Notes: a model not told the origin generated them from the sequence alone. Positions 41,216-55,362 are shown, counted from the first letter of the whole stretch. The stretch: 63,845 nucleotides of DNA, filler included, from Collodictyon triciliatum (GCA_043381765.1; 3 parts of 3 records of this genome joined end to end with filler, not necessarily neighbours in it); one strand, 5' to 3'. Program-made: numbers and translations.

Positions 41216-42187
41216 ATGAGTCTTTGCCCATCACGGAAGGCGCTCTTATTTCTGCGAGCTTGCCTGACTCCCAAGCCCTCCACCGCCGGCCGCTGCTTCT
41301 CGTCTGACGAAAGGCGCGCCCCGAGCCCGACACTGCCAAAAAGTATCGTACTTTTCTTGCCTTTGCCCTCCGGCTCTCTGCCGCTTCTGCAAGACCCGGC
41401 TCTTTCTGAAAGGCACACTTCCTTGTTCTTTGCTCCCCCGAAAACGCACAGCCTCGCCGTATGGGAAGAAGGGCGTCTTCCCCGACTTCGACAAGATTGT
41501 CCAGAGAGATCGGCTCCTGAAGGAGACGCCCGAGAACGTCAAGCACATCTGGAGCGAATACCACAAGAACTTTGGCAAGCCTCACAGCGTGTGGACGGTA
41601 GCAGAGTACGAGAAGTTTAGCAGTCGCAGCCGCGAGTCTCCACTGTTTGTATATCCCTTGACGCGTGACAATGGCTTCATCTCCATATTCCAGGTGTTTG
41701 TTAAAAAAAAAAAAGATAATAAACCTAAGAGAAGATATATATAATCCGTATATCCGTATCTAATGCCTCCTAGTTGCATCCTATTCCACGCCGCGCTCAC
41801 CCATCCCACCTCTCTCTGTCGAATCGGTACAACATGCTCGCGCCTCCACCGTAGGAATGCCGGCCCCCAGAGATCTTCTTCACCACGCTGGAGCAGTACC
41901 GGAGACTTGGGCCATACTCTCTCCCGCTGCTGCGTCTGCGGATGTATAACGAAGTCGCCACAGACAAAGGCCTTGTCCTTGTTCGCGGCGAACTTCCCCA
42001 CGGCTACATGGGCTATGTGGATGCCATGTACATCATTCAGGCTCTGCACTGGTGCTATGTTTCCAATGAGACTCTCTACTCGTATGTCTGGGACTTCAAC
42101 CACCGGCCCAGCCAATTCAACTTTGCCCAGTTCTCTAGAGCCATTCCCCGCCCTCCACCGGCATCCCCGATTATCCGCCCATCATAA
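41216..42187 (+). CDS. ATP11: Mitochondrial F1-ATPase assembly factor ATP11/ATPAF1, 3 exons
   Basis: Basic transit-like N-terminus; ETPENVKHIWSEYH, PLFVYPLTRDNGF, IFFTTLEQYR, DKGLVLVRGE, FNHRPSQFNF. Confidence 0.88.
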
Positions 42188-43016
42188 AGATTGAAGCCGA
42201 AGCTGCCACGGAGACACATGCCGACACAGAAGAACGCAACTTCGATAAATGTGGAATATATATGTTTTTGCTTACTTTTACTTAAATTGACCAGAATGCA
42301 TCACATATAAGTATTTTTGTGAAATTAGTGTACAGATATGTTGTTGTGCAGGAGAAAGGTGCTGTGAAGAGATAGGTGCGGCCATCAATGTACCATAACA
42401 CAACCGTCTCCTTTTGCATCGACAGTTACAGACCCACAACGCAAGAGAAATGCGTTTTCTTTTAATGATCAGCTCTTTTCTTTGTCGATCACGCACGGGT
42501 AATCCTGCACGAGCAAAGAGTGGCTGAGAAAAGAAGCAGAAGGCATGTGCGAGAGATCCGAAGGGCAGATGGTTTCGGAGCAGTTGCCAACCCTCATATT
42601 CTCCGCATGCGTTCTCGAATGACTCTTATCATCTCACTTTAGAGCCCTGAAAGCTGCGTTGTTGAAACCTCAGCCTTTTACTCATCACGACACTCAGTAG
42701 ATTCAAAATCTTTTGTCTTTTTCTTTCTTTCTTTCTTCCTTTATTCGAGTCAAAGAGCTACTCTGTCCTTCATGAAAAGCTCCATGCTCCACCATTTTTT
42801 TTTTAAAAAAAAGAATCAAGCAAATCATGTCAGAAAATACTGCAAACTTCCCCTTTATCGTTTCGTCCTGTTTTTTTTTCTCACGGCAGCGTTTACCGCA
42901 ATACAACTCACCCGATAAGACACTCACATAGACTGTCTTCTTTCTCTTCGTTTTATAATAATAATTACTTAATTCATCTAACCAAATATATTGTCCTTCA
43001 ACAAGGCGCAAAAAAG

Positions 43017-46000
43017 ATGACGGAAGAGGACCGTGTTTTGAAAATCCGGACACTGTCGAGTTACATTCCGACGCAAGTGATCCGACGTGTGCTGCAGTCC
43101 AACCCGCCTCTTAGCCCGCCCGAGACTGCCTCTTTTCCCGCCTCTGTTCTCTTCGTGGACATCAGCGGGTTCACAATCCTCGCCGATAATCTGGCCAAGG
43201 AGAAAGGCCACGAAGGGATGGAGGAACTCAACCGTATCATCAACTCCTACTTTGAACACATGATCACCATCATCACGAACTCTGGTGGGGATGTTGTAAA
43301 GTTTGCAGGTTGGCCAATCCACACTTCATTGATCATGAGACACATTGCTCTCACGTGGTTTTTTTTTTAAGGCTGCGATCTTTAAACCACAAAAGATATT
43401 CCGTATTGTAGTCTAGTCCTACTATTAATTACATCGTTTTTTCCCCCTTTATTCGATTCAAAGTGGACTATTAATTACATCGTAATGTGGCTTTTGGTTT
43501 CATAAGTCGCCTGGGTGCCTTTGTACCTAGAGGGTAGCTCATTCCTTCTCTTCAAATGCAGGAGATGCCATCTTTGCTATTTGGCCAGCGACTTTGCTAA
43601 ACGAAGACTTACCACAAGTGGCAATACGTGCTGCCAGCTGCGCTACAGAGTTGTTGGGGACTGACTGGTCCAAACTACCTGGTGAGACCCTCTTTTCTAA
43701 TGCTTTGCAAATACGTGAAGTGGCCAAGAATTCATCACTCACTTTGCAATTTCCCTTAAAATATCGCTCTACTCACCGAAATGCATTCTAATTGATTAAA
43801 CACTATAATTGGGAGATAGGCGCTGTGCTGAATGGGCAGCCAGTACATCTCAAAGTGCATATTGGTCTTGGCGCCGGAGAAATCACATCCATGCATGTCG
43901 GAGGAGTTCTTTCTCGATGCGAATTTGTCATATGTGGTGATGCTCTCCGACAGATCGCCAAGGTACCTCGCCAATTCATTTGATAGCGTTTATAATCATT
44001 TATGTAGTATTTGGAAAGCAACACATCACCCATATTTACTTTTATCAATGACCCACACACGCGACCTTTACAGTATCATTTCCCTTCCATTCAAAAAATG
44101 AGGAAAATGAATCATCAGTATCATCCTCATAAAATTTTATTACTGGATATACCGGGAGCACCATTTGAGCTATTTGTTTTAAAATATAATAAATAAAGGC
44201 CGTTGATCTGGCAAAACCTGGTCAAGTTGTTGCGTCAACGGAAGGATGGGCGTTGATTATGGACCGCTGTCAAGGCTCGGAGGTAGCAGATAGTGGCGGA
44301 TATATGCTGTTGGAGGAGATTTCGGATTTTGTACCCCCACTCGTCGTTTCTCCTCGTGATTTTGTCCTGAAAAGACTACTTGCGTAACCAATATTCCATA
44401 CATAATTAATCGATTTAATGGTCTCTTTCTCTTGGACTAAAAGTAAAATAAAATATTATTATAAGAGTAGCGCACCAAATCTACATTTCCTAAGCCATTC
44501 TCCTCTTCAATCAACAGGGAGAAATCCGACGAAGCCATCGATATTCTTAGAAAATATACACCCGGTGCAGTCCGCGAGCGAATAGACAAAGGACAGGATT
44601 GGATTGCAGATTTGCGAAAAGTAACTATTTTATTCATTCGACTTGATGGATTGGATTATACGCGACCACATTCTGTAAGAACACTTAACGCAGCGATGAC
44701 AATTGTTCAGGTAACTACAGCTTGACAACACCTTGCTCTCTTCAGCTCTTATCACATATCAATACCCTTCTAGTGTATATTTTCCCCCCCTTTTTTTTTT
44801 AGAATAATTATAGCCCTCGACTAATTTAACCAATACCACTATCGCCTTGATTCTATGCAACATATATAATCTCATTTGTATGCGTCTACAGGAAATCCTA
44901 CGCCGGTATGAGGGTGCCGTGTCGCGTTTGCAGGTGGATGACAAAGGAACTGTGTTGAAAGCAGCATACGGACTCCCTCCCTTCTCTCATGAAGACGACC
45001 CCGCCCGTGGGTTGATGGCGGCTATGGATATGAGACCACGACTTCAGGCGATTGGGGTGACGCCGTACATCGGAATCACGACAGGGCTGGTTTTCTGCGG
45101 GACAGTAGGCAGCAATATTCGTTGTGAATACACCACTGTCGGCGCTCCTGTCAATCTCGCGGCGCGCTTGATGCAGAATGCCAAAGAGGGACTCTTATGT
45201 GATTCGGTGACCTACCATTCTGCCAAAAATCGAATCCGAATGGAGGCACTCGGAAGCATCAAGGTGAAAGGGCGAAGCGAGCCGGTAGCTATATTCCGTC
45301 CGGCCATGGATGGTGACGGGGGACAAGTTCAGCTTGGAAAGATGTTTGGCAGACTTCGAGAGAAACATGAGTTGGAAGAGAGACTCAATTCCCTGATGCA
45401 AGGCCAGAGTGCCATGCTCCAAGTCATCGGAGATGTGGGGATGGGCAAGTCGCGGCTTATTGCCGAATTGCTCCAGATGAATCAAATCAGGCGCATCAAC
45501 TTTGTCAAAGGAAACGCGGACCCGATTTCAAAGGAAAACTTTGGCGCATGGAAATCAATCTTTCGAGATATCATTGGATTGAAGGGCAAAATCGAAGACG
45601 AGGCCAAGCGCAAAGAGATACACGATGGAATATGCACATTCATCGACACAACAGAGGACGACATGCGAACCAAAGGAGACGGCGTGGACCCAGCATATGC
45701 AAACTCGAGTCAGACAGCGTCAGGAGTCGGCCCAGCAAGAGCTGCCAGTCCTGTTGGAGGGCCCATTAACCCAGCAAAGACCATCTTTGCGGCCAACGCT
45801 GGGTCGGGCCGACGCGCATCCACTGTGACTGGAAGGCAAATCCAGACGGCTCGTCGCTCGTCCATCCTGCAGAAGCCCACCAAGCTGCGAGATAGTCAAG
45901 GAGGAGACGGGGCGGAAAAGGCGGGTCCCGCGTCTCCTTTCGAGGGTCTTCCCATAATCAGACCGCCACCACCGCCAACGCCACTATCCCCAACCGCAAA

Positions 46001-46992
46001 TGGCTCGTTCGATACGGGAAACATTCTCTCGCCCCCAACGCTTGGGAACTTCCCTCATCCACCATCTCCTTCTCCTGCATCCATAAGCCCGAGTGCAGTC
46101 CCAGGCCAGCTCCCAAATGTCAGCAGCCCTGTGTCGGAGAGAAGCACAAACAGACCAGCCGGTGATTCTGCTCGGGACGCTCCAGCCATACGCCCGATGT
46201 CTGAGCTGCGAAGCCAGTCGATGAAAAAGATGCCCATCGACCATGCCGCAACGTCGGGTGGTGTGACGTCGCAGAAGGCTCCTCCTGGCCATGGGTCGGC
46301 CATCCCAGCTCATGTGACCGGTGGTGGAGGCGGGAAGCCAAGGAGAGCCTCTGTGTGGCAGGGCGTTTTCGGGCCAAAGCAGGTTTCCTCGTCTCCCATG
46401 AAAGGAAAAAGCCGCCCAGGCACTGACGGGGCTGCTGAGGATGCTGGAATGTCGGTTTCACCTTCACAACCTGCTCTACTGGACTTTCAACAGGATGCTG
46501 GCAATATGCATGATGGACAGTCGCATCAACTCGGAGGTGGACTCACAGCCCCTGACCAAGGGTTTGGGCGAACTGCATCCTCGTACATGTCCCCACAGCC
46601 AACTGACCTGAAGTTACTGATTCCGCTTCTCAATCCCATCCTCGGTACAGACTTCCCTGAAAATTCCAGTACACAGTCGATTTCTGATAATACGCGCACT
46701 CGCTACATAGTTGCTTTGCTGACCCATATATTTCACGCGTCGTATACAAAGCCGACCTTGATAATCATAGAAGATGTTCACTGGTAAACTAGTTTTATTT
46801 CACTGTTTCTTCATTATTGATCTCTTTATGCATTCATTTATTTCCTCAACACTCTGTCTCCCCCTCGCAGAAATACTGCATATATATCTCCATCGCATGG
46901 GCCATATAGAGAAAAATGTGTTTATTTTGAGAATTTTTATAATAAAATCCAGATATCTTTGTTCTGTACTCACATATCATATTCTCATAATA

Positions 46993-47032
<40 letters not shown>

Positions 47033-49352
47033 TTGTTGCAGGATGGACCAATGTTCTTGGAACTTGTTAATGTCTATCAGCAGAATTCCAAAGCCAATAC
47101 TGACTGTTATAACATCCCGACCTCTTGGAGATTCTGAGCCCCCAGAGCTGAAGAAGTTGAACCCTCAACAGTTGAAGCTGACCAACTTGGGGAAGGACGA
47201 CATCAGCCAACTTGCATGCCAGACATTCCACATACCCTTGGACCATTTGCCAACGATTATAGAGAAGGCAATATGGGATAGGTCTCAAGGAAATCCAATG
47301 GTTGCAGAACAGTTGGTTGCCTTCATGCAAGAGAGTGGGACTGTGTCAGTATCGAACGACCAGCTAATCATCCGGAATGCCAAGGATATCAACTCTCACC
47401 CAGAGACGCTAGGCGACATGATAACCGCCCGAGTGGACAAGCTCACAGCAAGTCAACAAATGGCCATCCGTGTGGCCTCTGTGATAGGGAGCAAATTCAA
47501 GTTTGAGTTGCTGAAGAGCATCTACCCCATCAGCCGTCCTGAGGCGCAAATACTCGATGACTTGCAGACACTCGTCAACTCTGGGTTTATCGAAGAGAGC
47601 AATACCGGCAGCAGAGAATTCACTTTCAAGAGTAAAGTGGAGCTAGCCTGTTACATGATGACTCCATACGCCCAAAAGAGACGCCTTCACTACGCCATAG
47701 CCACCTGGTACGAAACCCAAAGTGGTGAGCCCCAGGAGACTCATTTTTACGAGTTGGCACACCACTGGGAACATGCGGACGAGAAAACAAAATCCGTCTA
47801 TTACTACCAAAAAGCCGCGTATGCCGCACTTGGGCAGCATCAAAACAACAACGCCATTGATTACTTTGATAAAGCCCTGAAGCTTCATTCCGACTTGGGT
47901 GATGCCCAAACAAGGACAAAATGGATGGTTGGCCTTACCGAAGCCTTGCTTGGTGTAGGACAGCTGAATCGTGCCCATGAAACTTTGGAGGAAACTCTGC
48001 GATTGTATGAAAGACCGCTGCCCTCAGAAATGAACCGTCTGTACGTGTCGATATTCCAACAGCGCGCGTTGATGGTTGCCCACCGTTTTCTTCCCAGCTC
48101 CATATTTTCGCTGGAGATTGAAAAGGCAGAAAAGACATTTGCATCCCGATGCTACGGATTTCTGTGCCAGATATACATCAGGGCCCAAAAATACCAGGAG
48201 GCCCACCTATGCAACATGTACTCGATGGACCTGGCAGAGCTTAACCCAGCAGAGACAATCGACCTTGCAATAGCAAACGCAGACGCGGCCATCATCATGT
48301 TTGCTGCCCAGAGTCATGACCTTTGCGAGATGTATGCCGACTCAGCCATCCAACTGGCAACACGACTTGGAAATCCTGCTTGCCAAATCTACGCACTTCT
48401 GCACATGTCCATCAACCAGGCGTCCCTGGGGAATTGGGAAAAGTGCCAGGACGCCCTCGACGAGGCCATGGAAATAGCAGAGGAAACGCTTGACTCGCCG
48501 CAACTGGACCGATGCCGTGTTCACAGCGGATACATGAGCTTCTTCAAGGGAGACCTTGTGGAGGCGGTCGGGCATTTCTCGCAGAGCCAAAGCTCCTCGG
48601 GTGACCGGTACGACCTTCTGATCGAGTCGAATGCCTTGGTCGGGGAGGCCATTGTGGTGCTGATTGGCGGGCAGCCCGAGAGAGCAAAGACGCTGCTGGC
48701 CAAGGCGGGCCGCAACATCGTGCAGATGGAGCCCAACAAGGACATGTGCCTGAAGGCTCTGCATCTGTCAGTCACGAGCCTGTGCAAGCTGCATCTTGCG
48801 GAGGATGACGTACAATCAGCAGCGGATTTAGCGCTGGGGATACTAGCGCACATCGAGACGCCCATGGCCTACGAGCTGACGCTGGCGTATTCGTGCGTGA
48901 TTGAGGTCTACCTGGCGCTCTGGGACAACACAGCACCGCACAAGGTAGAGAGCCGCACCGTCTTGATGGAATGCGCCGGCAAAGCTATCGCCATGTTGAA
49001 AAACTTCTCGGCTGCATTCACCCTGGCAAAGCCGTTTGTTCTGCTTTGGACGGGTCTGCAGGCTGCGCTCATGGGCAACGAGGCGAAATCGAGGCAGCTG
49101 CTGGAGTCGAGCATCAACTCGGCCGAGGACCTGCAGTACCCTCATGTTCAGGCCCTGGCATCGTCCTACCTGGCCCGATTCCACGAGCCGGTCAGGAGGC
49201 TTTTCCTCCCCCGCGCAAGACAGCTTCTCGACAACATGGGAGCCGATTACTATCTCAAGATGCTGCCAAATGATGGTCTTGACGCCTCCCCACGCGCCCC
49301 AAAGTCCTCCTCCAGCTTGGCAAATCTGCCGCGCCGTTCTCTGGTGGAATGA
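43017..49352 (+). CDS. Soluble adenylate/guanylate cyclase, ADCY10-like: tandem class III cyclase domains, STAND P-loop NTPase, TPR-like repeats
   Basis: VLFVDISGFT, DVVKFAGDA, HIGLGAG, VDDKG, GLPPFSHEDDPARG, EYTTVGAPVNLAARLM; Walker A GDVGMGKS, Walker B LIIIEDVHW, GNP motif, LKVASVIG-like segment, LAHHW. Confidence 0.92.
43438..43466 (-). mobile_element. 29-bp LINE family A-type 3' tip with 17-bp TSD, intronic
   Basis: Minus strand reads ccactttgaatcgaataaagggggaaaaa (compare actttgagtcgaataaagAn at 58280-58306); flanked by perfect actattaattacatcgt at 43421-43437 and 43467-43483. Confidence 0.85.
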
Positions 49353-49496
49353 TTGATGTGTTTCTGCACCTTTCTTTATCCTTGTTGATTGTCTCCACTC
49401 GCTCCTTGTCGCATCTTTGCTCGCTCACCCTTGAACCGTTCTGTTATTGCTTTTCAAACATCTTGCATAAATATAAAAAAAAATATCAAGTTCAAA

Positions 49497-49690
49497 TGAT
49501 AGATGGTGGGTGATAGATGATAGATGATAGCTGATAGACGATGGGTGATGGATGATAGATGGTGGATGATGGATGATAAATGATAGATGATGGATGATAG
49601 ATGATGGATGATGGATGATGGATGATGGACGATGGGTGATGGATGATGGATGATGGATGATGGGTGATGGATGATGGACGATGGATGATA
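49497..49690 (+). repeat. Degenerate (GATGGAT/GATAGAT)n microsatellite
   Basis: Direct observation. Confidence 0.9.
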
Positions 49691-50063
49691 GCTGATTAAA
49701 ATATCAAATCTGGAATTTATAATATATACTTTTAATTTCTTCACTGGCAGCATTATATGACCATATAAATCTATTTTATGCGCTATAGCATATATAGTAT
49801 GATGCATAGTCGCTGAGTCACTTTCCAAACTGAGCAAAGAAGGGAAGCTTCTAGAATTCCCTCCGCATTCTCGGTTGAGGGTGGTATTAAGCAGGCTGCG
49901 TTCCATTGATACATTAGGCCAGTAGCTCCATATCCGAATCGCAACAATGAGGGACACGTAAGCACCGCGTTTACGAAGCATATCTACAAGACTGCAAGGA
50001 CACTTTGGTTAGCAGCCCAACCACCTTGAAGCCTTTTCCAGCGGCGAAGTGTTTCTTGATGAC

Positions 50064-50135
<72 letters not shown>

Positions 50136-50214
50136 TTTTCGAGTCCAAGCAAAGTCACCAGCCGATTACATTTCATATCTCCCGAGCTCAAAGGCGCGAT
50201 TTTTCAACCATAGG

Positions 50215-52067
50215 ATGAAATACAGGTATGAGCCTATTGTCGCAGCGTTTGTCGTGTTCACCGCCTACATATCTGGTGTATCTGCCGAAATCGAGAAAAG
50301 ACATGTACAAGATACGCTGCAGGTGCTTACATATTGATATGATTTCCGTCTGTCGTCAAACGGACACACGATGAAAATAGCTGCGCACTAATATGCCACT
50401 GCGGCATTGCATCAAGACTTAAAACATACGTTCTTATGTTGTATATCATTACATATATGCTCTCACTCTTCACGTTCAGTTATTCACAGTAGAATGCCAG
50501 TGTCTCTTTAACATGAAAAGAAAACAGGAGGCCCGACTTTATCACGATACTAATACCCAGTGTTTGATACGCCTTCTCTTAAAAATAGAGAGGATTAACA
50601 ATTTTTAGAGGCCAGCTCCACTCACAGCACAGCAACCACACCGGATTTGAGTTTAATAAACTCGAGGTAATCATCAATCTGCGGCATCTGACTTTAGGAG
50701 TTATTTGATAATACTGACTCATTTAGTTCACAATCTGTCGTGGTACAAATCCCAAAAATAAAACAAAATGCAGGGACACACTACTAAAGGTAACCTCGGC
50801 ACATAGGTCGCCATCTGCTATAGATACAACATCACTCTGGATGTCTCTGGGGGGCGCACATTAACGCTGGAAGTGATGGACGACCCGAAATGGACGCCCC
50901 TACTTTTGCCGGCAGTAGAGGGCGCAAACAACTTGTTAGTCGACTCGCTGAGACGTGAATATACCGAAGGTGATGATAGCAGAGAGGAAAATATCATTTC
51001 AAGTTCGATTGACGATATCTCTTCGGCGGTTATCGGGTCTCTCCAAATCCCTCCGTTTATTGTTCACGGCCCAGCTGAAATCATTCTAAGACAAGCACGC
51101 AGAGATATCCTCTTTTCGCTTCCCCATTCGGTGGATGCAGGGGTCAGCCCTGTTAACAGGATTATTTTGCAGGACGGAGTTCAAGCTCGAATATCAGGCA
51201 TCCAGTCTGTTTCCCTTCATAGTCCCGTTCGAATCGACCTGGCTCTGCCTCCGAGTAAGTCTTGGTTGCGTAAATTTAAAGAGATAACGCGTCCTTTTTC
51301 ATATCCACTAATTTTCATTTACAATCTCCTAGAGGACCAAAGCAATCTATCAATCGATATGGGAAGAAAACTCAGTATAGTTGTGGACAGTCTGAGCGAG
51401 GTTTTTGTAGCGGAGAAGGCCAAGCTGCATCGTATGGAACTCAAAGGAAAACCCGGGAATACTGTGACGATTGCGAGCGCTTCCTTGGCATACAATGATA
51501 ATCAGACAAAGGAACAAAGGCCTGAAAAGGGCGAACTAAGCGCGTCAGTGGTTCCTAGCCGATCAAGAAATCAAGTGGTTATAGATAAAACAAAAGCGGG
51601 TGCCCTTGAGGTATGCCATATGTCACCTATACTTGTTTTTCATTTTCTTTAAAATTTAGATATGCAAGGCCAATTTGCTGATTTGCGTTTTTTTTTCTTC
51701 TCTTTCCCGTTAACCGCAATACCTACAGAACATCATCCGATCTCATCTGCCTTTCCTACCACACCACTTCGTCATTCACTGGATTCAAAGGGCAGAAATA
51801 AAAATGGCACGCTTGTTTCGCCTGCCTGCTAAGGAGCACGCCATATATGATTCAATATCCCAGAGTTTCATCAAGGAACTTATCATAAGCGATTCACGCG
51901 ACCGAGGAACTGAGGTTCTTCCTGTATTATCGACCGAGACGCCCATGGGGAGTTATCCTGTGAGTCTTCCACCTATCCTTAACATCGGCGATAGGAACGT
52001 CACATACTTTACGGAGGATGCAGGATGGTATCCCCACTTTTCTCCAGTTATTCAGTATCCAAACTGA
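50215..52067 (+). CDS. Signal-peptide protein resembling plant TUNICAMYCIN INDUCED 1 (TIN1)
   Basis: MKYRYEPIVAAFVVFTAYISGVSA signal peptide; IPPFIVHGPAEI...FSLPHSVDAG...IILQDG...ISGIQSVSLHSP matches my recollection of the TIN1 core. Confidence 0.6.
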
Positions 52068-52724
52068 GTCAGAAAAGCTGGTTTGAATAGCACGTTGAAA
52101 TAATAGCTGGCCTGTATTTCTCATGTCTGTCTTTCTCACTGAAATCTCACATAATAAACGTCTCCGTCTACTAATAATAGAAAATTGCGGCATATATATA
52201 TGAGGTTGTGTGAATAAATAGATGATAAATAGATGAATAAATAGATGAATAAATAGATGAATAAATAGATGAATACATAGATGAATAAATAGAGGATATT
52301 ATATAGAGAAAGCATACAAATTGCAGATGTTCGCATGAAGACCGCTAAATGAACGGAGGATTACATCTTCAGGCCGATTCACCCCATTAAGTTTAATTGT
52401 GATTATTTTTTAAGGAATAAAAGAAAAAGAAAAAGAAAAAGAAAAAGAAAAAGAAAAAGAAAAAGAAAAAGAAAAAGAAAAAGAAAAAGAAAAAGAAAAA
52501 GAAATAGAAATAGAAAAAGAAAACTGGTCTCAGCAATGAGTCGAAAAGAAGGTAGCTCTTTTCACAATAAGGAAATAGCACATATTTTCAAACACAAGCG
52601 ATGAGGCAACACATTCACCTTGATCAGGGTTCCTTTCGAGTTGGGTTTTATTTTTGATTTTGAGATGATTGACAGAGGTATGGCCGAGTAAGGGGGTTGC
52701 ACTGTTCATGGATATATATTTACT

Positions 52725-54897
52725 TTAATCTTCATTTTCCAACGTTTTTCTGGCCGTTTGGATGATTCGCTTCATGGAAATCAGTTCCTTTGCTCGATTG
52801 TACTTTTTGGGGTCTTTTCGGAGGATGAAGAACATATCGTCCACCTTAATTTTACCTGCAGTCCCCACTGCCATTGCATTTTGTGTCTGTTTGTGATGAT
52901 TAGTTATGACATATATCTTTAAATTGAAGGATATGCACATGACCCTTATTACTAGTTCAGAAAAATAAAAGTCCAGAAATACTATTTTGGAGTCTATGCT
53001 AATAATGAGAGGCGATATTCCTGTAAGTGTAGTTACAAATTTGAAAAGTTTTATTCTTGCGAGTATATGCGTTACCATTTCAGTGATGAAATCGACCACC
53101 AGGTCGTTAATCAGATCTACAGATTCGTCCAGGTGGTTCTGGTCGTCTCCAAAGCCATACATAACAAGTTTCACTGGTTTATACACTTTGTGTAAGTTCT
53201 ACAGATGTTATCTCAATATGTGCATTAGCATAGAAGAAAAAATTGTAATCAAAGAAAAAATCGAGAGAAAACTGATTCCGACAAGACAAAGCCAGAAGGG
53301 GTCATTACGGTCTCGATGAAACTGATATGGTCGCTTTTCTCGTGGAGTTGCGGATATGACCGTCGATGTTTGATTTGTTTCACGAGAGACATTTGATCGG
53401 GATTCATTAGCCGAATTTGATGAAGAAGGGGTACTTGTTTGTACAGATGAACGACCTAGTAATTTTTTTCATCATACGAGCAAAAATTTATTATGGGGTC
53501 TCAAGAAAGATATTGTTTGATAAAAAGAAAATACAAAGAAAAGCACAAAGAACTAAGATGAAATAGCTGCCTCAAGCACATGCAATTTTGATTTGAGGAG
53601 ATTATGCGTTCTCTTGAGGCTTGCTTCTACTTATGTTTACAAACTTGACTGATTCAGAGGAGGAATCACACTTTGCATGGACGTAGCCTGTGTGTGAGAG
53701 ACTGGTCGTTGAATAACAGGCGGCTGTGCAGAGTGGATTCGCTGTTGGCTATTTGCGCTGGAGTAAAATTGAGCAGGATTTATCGGCTGAATCGGAGGAG
53801 CGCGACTCTGCTCATTAGATGAGGTAATAGGACTCGGATTGGTAGCATGGCCAGAGGCAGCACTAGCGTCTAAGGGAAAAGCAGAGCAGATGATTAATTG
53901 TGTGTGTTTTTTCGTGCTGTAGCCTGTCTTTGAATCAAAAGGTAGCTTTTATATTAATTTTGAATATCCCTCGGTCCTGCACAAAAGTTGAAAGAATAAA
54001 AAAAAATAATAATTAATTTTGAATATAATATACTGGCCGTTGATATCACATGTCTCTTTGGGTCTGGTTGTGGCTGCTGGGCTGAAGTGTATGCATGGTA
54101 AATTTTTTTAAAGCGTTTAATATATCCATTTTTAAATGGCGAATAGTTTGACAATATATTACATCGTTCTGAATACTTTATTTTTTTTCTTTCAAGAAGC
54201 GCTTCAAAACATTAAGGAGATATTGACAAACAGGACGAACGAAGTGGCAGGCTGTAGAAACAAGGAGAGACAAAAATCATGGTTGCAGGCCTAGCTAATT
54301 CATGGTCCAAAGGTTTCATGGAGCCCCTGCGAATGAAATTGTCCTTGAATCTGACGAGAATCAGGTGTGTGGGTAGAATGTTGATAAGCCCATATATATG
54401 GAGGATATTGGGCCAAACAGTCACATCCTTCATCTTTGTGCAGAATTGCTCCCAAGTCATGTCTGGGTACTGCCTCAAAGCCCATTTGGACAAGGTGGTG
54501 GAAGGCTTTTAGGTCCATAATCTGAATTAGCAACTTTGTAGCACTCTTTATGAGAGTATTTTATTATTATTATCATATAAAATGGGATGCTGAATATCTA
54601 AATAGAATTAAGCCAAGTTCGCTGTGTTTGTTAATCGAATCTAGTTCACAGAGCTGTTTTTCTGTTGTGAATGAAGCAAACCTCTATGAGCGCATTCTCA
54701 TGCGATGCAATCCAATTCACAATTATTGAGCGGAGGTTTGTTCCGTTCACCAGCTGTGGTTTTATTCTAGACATGCTTTCCATCAGCCCGTTAGGGTTGA
54801 AGGGGAAATGTTGTAGGGTAAGCTCGCTGTATTGATTATAGCGCGAAAACTCCTCCTGATTCATCTTCTGGTCCCCTAAGTACGGTTGAGATGCCAT
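52725..54897 (-). CDS. TAF13: TFIID subunit TAF13 (histone fold at 52725-53350), probably with a long N-terminal extension
   Basis: MYGFGD...ESVDLINDLVVDFITEM...GKIKVDDMFFILRKDPKKYNRAKELI; upstream same-strand exons extend to an ATG at 54897, linkage inferred. Confidence 0.8.
53966..54006 (+). mobile_element. LINE family B 3' tip with 15-bp TSD
   Basis: atccctcggtcctgcacaaaagttgaaagaataAn, flanked by attaattttgaatat at 53953-53967 and 54012-54026. Confidence 0.8.
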
Positions 54898-55362
54898 TAT
54901 TTCTTTTAAGAAAAAAGAAGGTAGTTCTCTTTTTGAAAGAAAGTAAGAAAGAAGGATATATGCGACAATACTTGGAGGTGGGAAAGGAGATGCCATGCAA
55001 ACCCGAAATAAGAAGCGGGACATCAGAAAACAGTTCCGTCCAGGGTAGCTTCACAAGAAGATGAGAATACGTGAGAGACAGAACATTATTATGCTTGACT
55101 GCTGCCGGCTTGAGAGGGAATCATGATTGAGCGGGAAGCAAGGGGGAAAAAAAAAACATACCATTGAGGCCATGAGAGAAACAGGACAAGAAACTAGTTA
55201 GCTGCGGATGATGTGCAAAATCTGCAGGGGGCGATGGGGACAAATGTTGGGCACCTGCCAGTGTCACTTGCGTGTGAGAAAAAAGAAAAAGAAAAAGAAA
55301 AAGAAAAAGAAAAAGAAAAAGAAAAAGAAAAAGAAAAAGAAAAAGAAAAAGAAAAGAAAAAG

